From: Amoebophrya sp. A120
Taxonomy: Eukaryota > Protista > Dinoflagellata
NCBI GenBank assembly: GCA_905178155.1
Contig: CAJINV010000032.1
Span: 57,488-121,487, forward strand
Direction: 5' to 3'
Length of the DNA: 64,000 nucleotides
Shown one piece after another: positions 13,301-23,370 of the stretch. The notes beneath the pieces are model-generated. The model saw only the letters and a program-made list of their open reading frames with translations. It did no database searches and had not been told where the DNA came from. The number at the start of each line of letters is the position of its first letter. Position 1 is the stretch's first letter. Made by a program: the position numbers and the translations under genes.

Positions 13301-15065
13301 TTGGTACAAGCCGGCATGATCGTCCTGGTAGCTGGCATCTTGGTCGTTGTCCTGATAGCTGGCTTCCTGGTCGGTGTATGCGGGATCTTCATGCCAGGAA
13401 TCGTCGTGATACGTGTTGGAATCGGTCTGCCAGTCGTACTCGTAGTCCTGATAGGATTCCTCCTCGGCGAATGTCCTGTTGAAAAACGCTCCCTCCCAAA
13501 CGACATTTTATGCAGTTACCGCAGACGGGCCACCCAGTGGATGGCCGCTCGGTGGGAGCAGTCTCCCACCACGTCGTTGAGGCGCCCAGGGAGGTGGAGC
13601 ACCGTTCGTTGCCCCGAGGACAGAACGGCCAGACAGCACCTATCCCGCAGAAGTAGCGGGCAACGAAAAATATTCCGACATACGGAATTCGAAAATCCCC
13701 GCACAACGGACCAAGCCAGACCATCCGACCAGCGAAGGCCAGAACTTCCGACAAGCGGAAGTCAAAGTTTCCGACTCGCGGGAGCCAAAATTTCCGACAA
13801 GCGGAAGCAAAATAAATCGGCGTATGTCCTGTTGAAAAACACTCCCTCCCAAGCGACATTTTTTACACTCTCGCGGACACCGACGTGCACCGCACTGTTT
13901 TCTTTCCACGCCCTCCTTGGGGGGTGGCGCAGGCAACAGCATACACTCCTGGAAGGCGCAATTAATTTCTGTTCGGCGTTCTTTTCTTTGGAACCTTTTC
14001 TTGTGGGTCTTGTTTGTCATTAAGTGCGAAGATCCCGCATTCTCTGCGCATGCAAATGCTCATGCGAACTTTGGGGTGGACGATGCATTTTTATTCAGGA
14101 TAGCGTAGTCCCAGTGCTCCGTGGTGTTGATCATGATGTTGGGGTCGAGCAGGTTGTTCTCACACCGAGACATTTATGAAATGCAAACATTTATTCGGAG
14201 GCTGGATTTGTCATGCGGGGTTCGAAGAAACTCGAGATCTGTGCATGCATTGAGAGAAGTAGTGAGATTTTCGTCATGTTCGAAGCCCGTTTGTAATGCT
14301 CAAATTAACTTTAAAAGCGGGTGCTCCGTACACAAGACACTCCGCTATGCACGACTCAGCAAGACATAGACAAATCATAGATCATCTTCCAGGCTCAGTC
14401 ATATTTGCAATGCATAGTACCGTGCTGCCGTCAACAACGGTAGAGTCCACGGGGTCGTCCATGCTGTGCCGCTGTTGATTGGGGTCTTCGATTCCGAAGT
14501 TGATGTTGCCCGGGTCCAGCATCTTATCCCATTCCTCGATCGTCGCGGGGTCGAGTCTATGCTGTACAAAAGTATCGCAATCGTATAATTTGAATTGCAT
14601 TACAAATTTCCTCAGCATGAGAAACAAAATTTGTAATGCGGATTTACCTATGGGAAAAAGATTTGCAATGCATAATTGCAATTATTACGAGCACGATACT
14701 TCTACTTTTGCACAGGATAGAGTCCCATGCTCTTCAGGTACTCGTCGTCGATAGAGGCTGTCACGTGCAAAAACGTCCCCTCGCCAGACTTGTCATGCAA
14801 ATCTGCATGCCGGAAAGGGTTTCGCATGCGCAAACCATGCTGTCTAGGAATTTGCTATTTTCTCATGCTGTCTACGAATTTCTTATGCTCTAATTAGGAT
14901 AAAGAAATAGTGATGCGGCTCCAGAAGTAACCAAAAACGAGTACACTACAGATCTAAACTTGTCATGCGCAGCAGAAGTCAAACCTTGTTGATTTGTGTT
15001 GCAAAGCCGCAATCTTGATTCTGGGTTTTGGACGTTTTACTCAGGATAGAAGGTGCGCCGGTCAT
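7303..15065 (-). CDS. Large low-complexity protein: Tyr/Glu/Asp-rich N-terminus, UIM-like motif, Lys/Ser-rich middle, ankyrin repeats, Trp-Lys repeat tail; 15 non-canonical introns
   Basis: Manual splicing gives MTGAPSIDDEYLKSMGLDP...SYGEEASYGQE...DDEALAKALQYQE...GRCVMHYAAQKGN...GWAPLHYAAYFGN...GKTAFDYA...WKKDENGEW...YPTK*(TAA 7303-7305). Introns at 14759-15048, 14558-14719, 14175-14416, 13472-14102, 12892-13103, 12614-12830, 11893-12071, 11580-11823, 11235-11499, 10841-11062, 10400-10654, 9160-9396, 8765-9021, 7706-7886, 7373-7661. The junction at 11893-12071 does not obey the +5 rule, so this could be two genes; start codon uncertain. Confidence 0.7.
9160..9396. mobile_element. Introner, family A
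   Basis: Perfect flanking repeat CTTCT/CTTCT; removal joins DTVQK|RDVRP. Confidence 0.92.
10400..10654. mobile_element. Introner, family A
   Basis: TATGCACTGCAAATATGTCCGGGTCTGGAAA ... TTTCCAGACCCAGACATATTTGCAGTTGATA; flanks GCGAC/GCGGA. Confidence 0.9.
10841..11062. mobile_element. Introner, family F (TATGA(C/G)AGTGCACAAC + C-run)
   Basis: TIR shared with 43646, 46905, 56738 and 61932; frame restored (PAGV|LASA). Confidence 0.8.
11235..11499. mobile_element. Introner, family A
   Basis: About 30-bp TIR; flanks CCTGC/TCTGC. Confidence 0.9.
12614..12830. mobile_element. Introner, family C-like
   Basis: TATCACAAGAAAAAAGTGTTAC ... GTAACACTTTTTTCTCAGGATA; perfect ACCCG/ACCCG. Confidence 0.9.
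12892..13103. mobile_element. Introner, family C (TATCGCAAGAAAAAACTGTTTCACTGT)
   Basis: Perfect TGGTC/TGGTC; close sister copy at 53253-53467. Confidence 0.93.
13472..14102. mobile_element. Compound introner with duplicated left end (13472 and 13825)
   Basis: TGTCCTGTTGAAAAAC(G/A)C occurs twice and pairs with GCATTTTTATTCAGGATA; flanks GCGAA / GCGTA / GCGTA. Confidence 0.7.
14558..14719. mobile_element. Introner, family B (~150 bp; ...TACGATACTTTTGCACAGGATA)
   Basis: Perfect GAGTC/GAGTC; sisters at 16537, 40251, 43990, 45277, 51972, 55215, 55398 and 57937. Confidence 0.92.
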
Positions 15066-15149
15066 GTCCGCGCGGCTCTGGGTCCCGGTATGACATTCAA
15101 AATTACTTGCACCTGATGAACGCCTCCAGCTCGCCCCGGGACAGCTATT

Positions 15150-15327
15150 CCCCACGGTAGGGCCACGAAAACCTGCGGCAAAACGGGCCCCGCGAATTCT
15201 AGTGGGGGGGCCGCCCCCACTAGAAATTGGCGGGTCCCGCTCTTCTCGATTTCTACTTGGGGCCGGGCCCCCACTAGAGTTCGCTGGGTCCGTTTTGCCG
15301 CAGGTTCTCGTGGCCATACCGTGGGGG
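15150..15327. repeat. ~175-bp imperfect fold-back (inverted repeat)
   Basis: CCCCACGGTAGGGCCACGAAAACCTGCGGCAAAACGGGCCC...GGGTCCGTTTTGCCGCAGGTTCTCGTGGCCATACCGTGGGG. Confidence 0.85.
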
Positions 15328-15812
15328 GACGGGGAGGTCAGACCGCATGGTATGCTGCCCCCGCCCGAACCCCGCGGCCCAATTCTCTTCGCGAACGCGA
15401 CGGCCAGTCGCGTTCGCGAAGAGAATGGGAGGACGGGGAGGCCAGACAGCATGGTATGCTGCCCCCGCCCGAACCCCACGGCTCAATTCTCTTCGCGAAC
15501 GCGACGGCCAGTCGCGTTCGCGAAGAGAATGGGAGGACGGGGAGGCCAGACCGCATGGTATGCTGCCCCCGCCCGAACCCCACGGCCCAATTCTCTTCGC
15601 GAACGCGACGGCCAGTCGCGTTCGCGAAGAGAATGGAAGGACGGGGAGGCCAAACAGCATGGTGTGCTGCTGCCCCAGCCCGAACCCCACGGCTCAATTC
15701 TCTTCGCGAACGCGATGGCCAGTCGCGTTCGCGAAGGGAATGGGACGACGGGGAGGCCAAACAGGATGGTGTGCTGCCCCCGCCCGAACCACACGGCTCC
15801 ATTCTCTTCGCC
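15326..15812. repeat. 104-bp tandem repeat (~4.7 copies) carrying a long hairpin
   Basis: TCTCTTCGCGAACGCGAC-GGCCA-GTCGCGTTCGCGAAGAGA in each full unit. Confidence 0.92.
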
Positions 15813-15874
15813 CGGGAGAGGGGGAGGGAGGGAGGGAGGGTCGGGTACCACCTACCTGGAGGGTGTGGTCGGGG

Positions 15875-17060
15875 TCATTTTGATTTATTTTGATACTCCT
15901 GCCTGTGCCTGGAAACCGTGCTTTTCCGATCCAGCAACGTGTTCTCCCCGTCGTGTCTTCCTCCATGGATTGGCTCGCTTGGCGCACCAGTGGGGCCCCA
16001 GGCTCGTTGTGTGTGGCCAGTGCTATTGGGATCGAGGTATCAAATGCCAAGATGCTGCAATCCTGGACGTGTGGACGAAACATGCACAGCAGGTTAGCTT
16101 TACCTATATTTGCATGAGAAAGTGAGCTCCAGTCTGACACAGTTCTTACTCATGCAACACAGGTTACCGCGCTGACATGCTGCGAATGGCCAATACCGCA
16201 TTACAGATCCACCAAACCCAGATGACCTTTTCGCATGTGATACGGGGTTATGGATTGTAAAAATGTCTGGGTCTGGAAGGTTGGAACTTGTAATCCTAGC
16301 TTTCCATACCTAGAAAATCTGTAAGTATTGCATAACCAACAAAAGTCGCAGCCTCTTTTGTCATGCAAAAACGCAGTTTCTCATGCGGATTGCCTATGAG
16401 AAAGCGTTTTGGGAAGTAGTCATGCCGGACTGCATTCGAGAGTGTTTTCATCATGCACATTTTAGCATCACAAGTTTCCAGACCCAGACATTTTTGCATT
16501 TGATAGGGGTGCAGCCACAGGTCAACGACGCCGTAGTATGCACTGCAAAAGTATCGCACTCGTACAAATGCAAGTCTTGCATTACAAATTTTTTTTCTAA
16601 GGTAAATCCGCATGACAAATTTTATTTCTCATGCTGAGGGAATTTGTAATGCATTTATACGAATACGATACTTTTGCACAGGATACGTAGGTGGTCTTGT
16701 CGATGTTGGCGAACTATGCATTGCAAATATGTCTGGGTCCACCTCTGCCGTCGTCGAGATGCAACATGTAAATCCTTGTCTTGCAGTTTCATTCGGTTTC
16801 GGAAAAAGTGTGTATTGCATTATGACCGCTGTCGGGTAAAAATGCGGTTTGCCCGGTTTGCCATGCACAAACACGATGATAAAGAACGCATGCAAAATCT
16901 GTCATGCGTGCCTGTACTTTTTTGTTCTCCTGTTTCATTTGTCCATAAGCCGGCATCACAAATTTCCAGGCCGCCCAGACATATTCACATTTGATATGGA
17001 CGAGTATCACTGTTTGACAGCCTCTTCTTGCTTTGACTCGCAAACGCAACAGCAAAATGT
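15875..17060 (-). CDS. Hypothetical protein or gene fragment with 4 introner introns
   Basis: Elements at 16038-16242, 16249-16505, 16537-16685 and 16715-16996; spliced frame NIDKTTYGVVDLWLHPDPNSTG...NKSK*; start not identified. Confidence 0.4.
16249..16505. mobile_element. Introner, family A
   Basis: Perfect GGGGT/GGGGT; only 6 nt from the previous element (16038-16242). Confidence 0.92.
16537..16685. mobile_element. Introner, family B
   Basis: Perfect CGTAG/CGTAG. Confidence 0.92.
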
Positions 17061-17530
17061 GTACTTAGCATGACAAATTCAAATTGAAACTTCACGTCAC
17101 CCGATCTTGATCTAGTTGTATCCAACTTTTGTTTCTATTTAAATTCAATCTGCAGCTAGTGCAAGTGGGTCCTAGTCCTCGATCTTCCCGCGCAGGAAAA
17201 AAGTGTGAGTTTCCACTAGCACTCGGCATGACAAAACCGTCAGAAGCAAGGAGAGATTATTCTTCCAATGATACTCGGGTTTTCGGAGGAGGTTTTCCCG
17301 ATGAATCCTTGCCCTTCTTCACGTTGCAGCTTTTGGCAGTGCTCACGACGGTGGTCGGCGCGGAGCTCGAGCGTTCAGAGGGGGCTGTTGTAGTACTCGC
17401 AGGAGGACCACCGGTTGTACTACTTCTTGCGGTCGGAGCAGTCGCAGTTGCAGCAGCCGCTGTACTACTTGCGGCTTTGGGAATGGTATGCGTTGCAAAT
17501 ATGTGCGGGTCTGGACGAATGCTTAAGTTT
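17060..17530. repeat. Dispersed duplication of a Ser/Thr-rich exon; second copy at ~24135-24575
   Basis: SSTTGGPPASTT..SCxVKKGKxSSGKPPxKTRVSLE in both copies, with shared flanks. Confidence 0.85.
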
Positions 17531-17750
17531 GTCATGCATCTTTCGGAATCAGTATCAGACTCAGATCAGTGAAAACGGTCTCTTGTTGCACTTCCCACAT
17601 GAGAAATTCAACTTCCCTGTTTGTGCAGCAAGAAAGCAAAGAGCAGCTCTTGGCGCTCATGCAATACAATTTTTCGTGTGATCCAACGTACTATACATCA
17701 CAAGTTCAACAAACACTGCTATCTAGACCCAGACATCTTTTCAATTGATA
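17487..17750. mobile_element. Introner, family A (diverged)
   Basis: TATGCGTTGCAAATATGTGCGGGTCTGG ... CTAGACCCAGACATCTTTTCAATTGATA. Confidence 0.8.
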
Positions 17751-18550
17751 AACAGGACGGCGCTTTTTCTTGGTGGAGGCGGTGAGGAGACTCTCGGCCG
17801 GCGTGGGGTCCGAGCTCGGTACAGGGGGTCGGGGAGCTTCATTTTTCTTGATGGACGGCATGGTGAAAAAGTACGAAGGTCGCGTGACGGACCTTGCCAA
17901 CCTGTTTCGATGTTTTTTCAAGAGGAGAACATATTAATGCGCAACCGGGCGAAAGAAAGGCAGTGATGCTACAAAACTACCGACGATCAAATTTGGTAGG
18001 TACAGTAAAGTCGATTGTACTTTCCGAATGACAGATTGTGAATGATATACATTGCAATGTAAACAAAATTGCGAATGATATACAGAAATGCGAATCATAT
18101 TTACCTTTGCTTCGGCCCGTCTTTGTATCGGGCTGATCACACCGGCGTCGAAGCGCTAGGCTCGGGGACAGTGTCAGAGCTGGTCACGGAAGGCGAGATG
18201 CACGCTGTGCAAGACGTTGCTCGAACACGAAGTTCTGCATCATAATCTGCATCTCTTTCTTGCCCCTGCCGGGAGTGGCGATATATCCTACTGAACAGTA
18301 GACCCATACCACACCACACCATGAAATCATTAAAAATGGTTTGTCCACATGTACATGCAACAGTTTTCTTGCATCGCAAAAATTTGCTGAGATCAACTTG
18401 CCAGTTTTCGTTCCTCGTACCACACGTCGCGCATTACAAATTTCGTTTCGCATCCAAATACTTGGATTTGCATTGGTATGGATGTACTTTTCACGTTGAT
18501 AAGCCGGCTTTCCTCTTCGGTTTCCCGTGCCTGTTTTGAATTTAGGTCAT
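17740..18550 (-). pseudogene. Decayed gene segment; paralog at ~32180-33260
   Basis: Colinear nucleotide similarity (MPSIKKNEAPRPPVPSS vs MPSVKKHEVPRPPVPSS; EMQIMMQNFV vs EMQIMVQNYV) with frameshifts. Confidence 0.55.
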
Positions 18551-20375
18551 TGTGATTATAGATCGTAAGAAAAGTTGGAAATTCAAATTGTATGTCGATG
18601 CGAAACACAGTAAGATGCTGTGCGTGACATGTGGAAAAGGTTCTGTACATTATGCATCCACGACGAGAAACAAAGCGAAATATTGATGTACCCGAAGCCG
18701 CGCTTCTCCACCTTGTCTACTTGCCTACGCCCCAGACCTACGCACCCGCACGCACGGCCCGTTAAGAGCGGGACGCGGCCGATCGCGCGCCCGTCTCACT
18801 TCCTGCCGGCCCTGCCACTCCTGTCGCTGTATTCGGCCAGGTCCGCGCAAGTGTCGAAGTGAACCTTCAACACGGGAGGCGAAACTCACGAAAGCTTGCC
18901 CCCCAGAGAAAATCGGAGCCGCATCCTTGGTTGTGGAGCACGCAAACTCAAAAACGTGCTCCTTTACGAAATCAAAATCTTTCGCTCGCTAGAATTTTTT
19001 TTTGGGTATTGAAAATGGAGAATTTAATAGCGATTTTGATGGGTCACAAATCGACATCGTGGTATTGTTGATGATGATCTGTTTCGAGACATAGACACGG
19101 AACTTGTCGAATAAACGTTGAAGACGAAACGGAAACACATGACGAAAAAACTAGGTCGGTCGATATGATCTTGTTTCTCGATCTTGATACGGAGTTTAAG
19201 TAGATCTTCAGCAGGTAGCCGTATGTTAATTTTCTAGTAGCAGTTGCTGTGTGTTAATTTTCGATCAAGAGACAAGTATTAGTAATTGTAAAAGTATCAG
19301 CGGCACGCAACCGAGACGGATTTTTTCCGAACACGACGAAAGGGCCGGTTTACAGTCATACGTCATGCAAAAACGAACTTGCCAGGCCAAACATAAAACC
19401 TTCACCGCGTGCTGGCTCTTCTCTAGCTTGGCTTTTTGAATTGCAGGTACAAGACACTTCGTTTTTATTCCTGTTCTCCTGTGTGTAGACTGAGTTTAAG
19501 TCTCTACTTCGATTTCAGTTCCACGTGTGTCTAAAACGTCAAAAAACTTTTGCCTGCAACGAGCGCGCGATCTTAAGCTTATCTCGGACATTGGTGTCGA
19601 CATGGTTTTACCAATCTAAAATCGGTGCACTACGAATCAGATGTTGTGCATCACATTATGTTGTTTCCATAATTGCAACATCGCGCCTTCTCTTCGTGCG
19701 GAAATTCCAGCCGGTAGTATCGGGTGGAACAGGGGCAAATCAACCGAGAGCAGGCACTGTGGCTGCGTGCTAGACGGCATACCTGCGATGTAGAAATTGG
19801 AAAAATGTACTCAAGGTAGTTGACTGACACAATCACAATCCCACGTAGATCTGCATGACAAATTCAAAACTAGGTGTGTAAAGAAAAGTAGTCGTACGAA
19901 TACGAATACGTCGTGAAATCAAAATAAAAAAGTACCTCTCACCGCGGGCGTATGTGTGCAGCTCCGAGTGTAGTACTTGACTGAGTACTGCTGCATCCTC
20001 CACGGCCTCCAGCCCTACTTAGCTGTACGACCTGGCTCAGCAGCTGGATCTCCGCCGCCACTGATTTCTTCTTGTTGTAATGCAAGAGCCACTTCTTGCT
20101 ATTCGTTTTTGGGCTGCTATTCAGCGCTCCGAGCTTCCTGACGCGACCCGCCACGACGGCGCTTCCATGCCGTCGACGCAATCCTCCACCCTGCGAGATC
20201 GCCGTCGCGGGAGGTACATTTTCTGCGGCGCACGGCTTGCGTCAGATCACGTTCGTAGCACGTGCTGTTGTGCTCTACCTTCTGCCGGCAAGAACTCGCG
20301 CTCGTCCTTTGCTCATACCCCTTTCGTCGACCTACACCTCGCCGTCGTGCGCCTCGTTCTTGATGCCGTTGTAGA

Positions 20376-20642
20376 TATTAAATGCAAATATGTCTGGGTC
20401 GGGAAGAATGCAAACTTGTGATGCTAACTTTAGACTCTAAAAAAATCTGTATTGCTTGACAAGCAAGAGGGCTCCAGTTTTTGCTACGCAGGAAGGGCAT
20501 TCGTCATGCGGAATACGCATCAAGAAACACTCAGCAAATCTGTGACGCTAGAAAATACATCACATACGTCGCGGGCCAAGGCCATGCAAAATCTGCATGA
20601 CAAGTTGCAACCTTCCAGACCTAGACACATTTGCATTGGATA
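20376..20642. mobile_element. Introner/MITE, family A
   Basis: TATTAAATGCAAATATGTCTGGGTC ... GACCTAGACACATTTGCATTGGATA. Confidence 0.85.
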
Positions 20643-21834
20643 TGAAGGCACGTCGTGGCAAAAATGTTATTCGATATCTCGCTGCGACACTGAATGAAAC
20701 TTCGTTTTGATAAACAACACGATTTAACATCTAAAATGGTGGAATAGAACATCGTCTTTAGTTACAATAATTGTGCATATTACAGTTTTGTGTGAACCAG
20801 ATACCTTGTTCCTGAAACGCGACCGATCCGCTTACCGCATCCGTTCCTTCCTGCAGTTCGCGGTTTATCCCCAGCGTGAAGCAGTGAAGATTGCGTCGGT
20901 TTGAGCATTTCTTTTGCACTTGCGTCCGCGCTACTTGCACTTCGTGTTGCACACACGGTTCTCTTCACTACGTCCTTCATCGCATTCCAGCAGATCCACA
21001 TTTTTCCACCGCATGTTGGCCGCATCTCCTTCCCTGCGACGCGGCACTGCGCCGCCTGCACTTCGCGTTGCACACACGGTTCTCACGACGTCCTTCGTCG
21101 CATTCCAGCAGATCCGCATTTTTCCACCGCATGTTGATCGCATCTTCTTCCCTGCGACACGGCATCCTCAAGCGATCCGCATTTATCTTACCCTCGTTCA
21201 CTGCATCCACGACCGGATTTCTTGACACAGCCTCCCACGGCGCTTTCACGCCGTCGACGAAGTCCTCCGACCTGGGAGGTCGCCGTCGCGGAAGGTACAT
21301 TTTTTTCGGCGCCACCCCTATGTACCTGGATGGCCTACTTGTAGTTGGTCTCCTGCGGGTCATTCGCCACTTTCGGTCACGACAGATCGATACCTCCGGG
21401 CATCGGGCGGGAACAAAAAACGTGATGCTCATTTTGCTCGGTCAATCATCCGCTACAAAAATTTTGTTACAAAATTTTTACTAGAAAGTATAGTAATCAA
21501 CAAATTTCAAAGCTCCAAAACATTCTTGTTCGAAGTTGTTCTCATCCCTTTTTACGTGATGTTGCTCTTACTTATTATGATCACATGAAGATTGATACAC
21601 TAATTCCTACTGGCCTTGCGGCAAAAAAGCAATCTTGCACAAAAAAGGAAAAAAAAACGTGTTTCCCCCCAGAAGACGATGTGGTCGATAGTAGTTTGGT
21701 GCACGATTGATTTCGAAAAAAAACATATCCCACCTTCCCGCCACGATTCGATACGAAAAAAAACTTTGCCGCATCCCGTACTGCGCTACCCCGCGTCGCA
21801 CCTGGTGAAGCCTCCGCTCCTTGCTTAGAACTCA

Positions 21835-22190
21835 GCGTCCCGAGAGGTCCACTTTTTTCGCTGAGAGAAGGCGTCGCGAGAAGTCCATTTTTCCCGCTGA
21901 GAGGTCGGCGTCGCGAGAAGTCCACTTTTTCCGCTGAGAGGTCGGCGTTGCGAGAAGTCCCTGTTTTTTCGATGATAGGTCGGCGTCGCGAGAGGTCCAT
22001 TTTTTCCGCTGAGAGGTCGGCGTCGCGAGCGGTTCATTTTTTTCGCTGAGAGGTCGGCGTCGCGAAAGGTCCATTTTTATCGCTGAGAGGTCGGTGTCGG
22101 CAGAGGTCCAGTTTTATCGCTGAGAGGTCGGCGTCGCGAAAGGTCCATTTTTTTCGCTGAGAGGTCGGTGTCGCGAGAGGTGCATTTTTT
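21835..22190. repeat. 37-38-bp minisatellite, about 9 copies
   Basis: CGCTGAGAGGTCGGCGTCGCGAGAAGTCCATTTTT unit. Confidence 0.9.
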
Positions 22191-22554
22191 TTGGTAGTGT
22201 TGATCCGATGATCTCTTGTGCCAGAAGAGCACTTTTTTCGACGAGAAATGGGTTGTGGTATTTTGGTGTTAGTTGGGCATCCAGAGTATCGTATCTACAC
22301 GTTGGGCTACTCAATTCTTACTTGGTCATCTTGCGGTAAGCAAACATTTACATTTTGGACAACTCAAAAATTCTTACTTTGGCCTTACGGCAAAAAACGC
22401 GACATGTTGGGCTACTCAATTCCTACTTGGCATTGCGGCAAAAAAACGTAAGTACTTGGAAAGCAAAAATCGGAAAAAAAAACTGTGCATCCCCCCCAGA
22501 CGACACTATCGATAGCTTCCACGATTGGTGTGACGAAAAACGATTGCCGAATAG

Positions 22555-23370
22555 TCACGACGACCAGAAGAAGGAATAAGAAACAGCACCGGCGCGAATG
22601 AGGGAAGGCCACGGCTCACAGCAGGGAGCACCTTTGCGCGAGATGGCCTTGACGTTCGTGTGCGGGTCGGCTCCAGACGCGTGGCTAGTTGCACTCGCAG
22701 CAACGCTCCACACTGCAGCACTTTGCCATCTTGCGTCCATGGCAGCGTCCGCACTGAGAGGCGCTTTTTCATCTTCGGAAGCACCTTTTTGCAGCGCGGG
22801 TCCCCCGACCGTTTCCGCCGAGGTCGGAATAGCGGCATTACCGCTCGCAGCAGCTCCGGTGGTTGTGGTTCTGCCCGTGGGCTCCGCATGCTCCGGCATG
22901 CTCCCAGCAGCGTCGTCTTCGGCAGCTGTCAGTGCGTCAGCATACTTCCATTTCAGGGGCCTCCCAGATATTACGTCGGTATCTCGCTCACCGAGGTTCA
23001 CTTCGATGACCGGGTCCAGTGCGACGTCCGCGCGCAGAGGCAGCTTGTGCTGGTCTATACGCTCCGTGACCACTTTGTGTGGCAGGTACACATCGACGAT
23101 GCGCGGCTTGGTTCTACCACTTCTGTGAAGCAGTACATGCCGGTAGATGCCGCCCCCGTCGTGCCACCAGCTCCCTTCGCCGACGTCGTTTTTGTGGGCA
23201 AGCGACGGCGTGCTATCGACCGCGACCGTGATCTCGAACTTGCTGTTGTCCGCGGACGACGATGAGCCACGACTCCTGTCCGTCGCAGCTCTCGATGGGC
23301 CTGACGTGGCCATGCTCAGCGGCGCACTTGTGATAGTCGTTTTTTTCCTCCGGCGGAAGGAAACTTTCAT
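22555..23370 (-). pseudogene. Glycoside hydrolase family 2 (beta-galactosidase-like) N-terminal fragment
   Basis: EITVAVD...SWWHDGGGIYRHVLL resembles the GH2 sugar-binding motif W-x-x-G-G-I-Y-R-x-V-x-L; no catalytic domain follows. Confidence 0.6.

Noticed and set aside
11881-14023. Long plus-strand ORFs (11881-12732, 13103-14023; also 7819-8589, 36987-38120, 56739-57551)
   Set aside because: Antisense shadows of GC-rich minus-strand exons or read-through into repeats; no recognisable motifs.
15326-15812. CRISPR array (palindromic repeat)
   Set aside because: The sequence between hairpins is also repeated, so there are no unique spacers.
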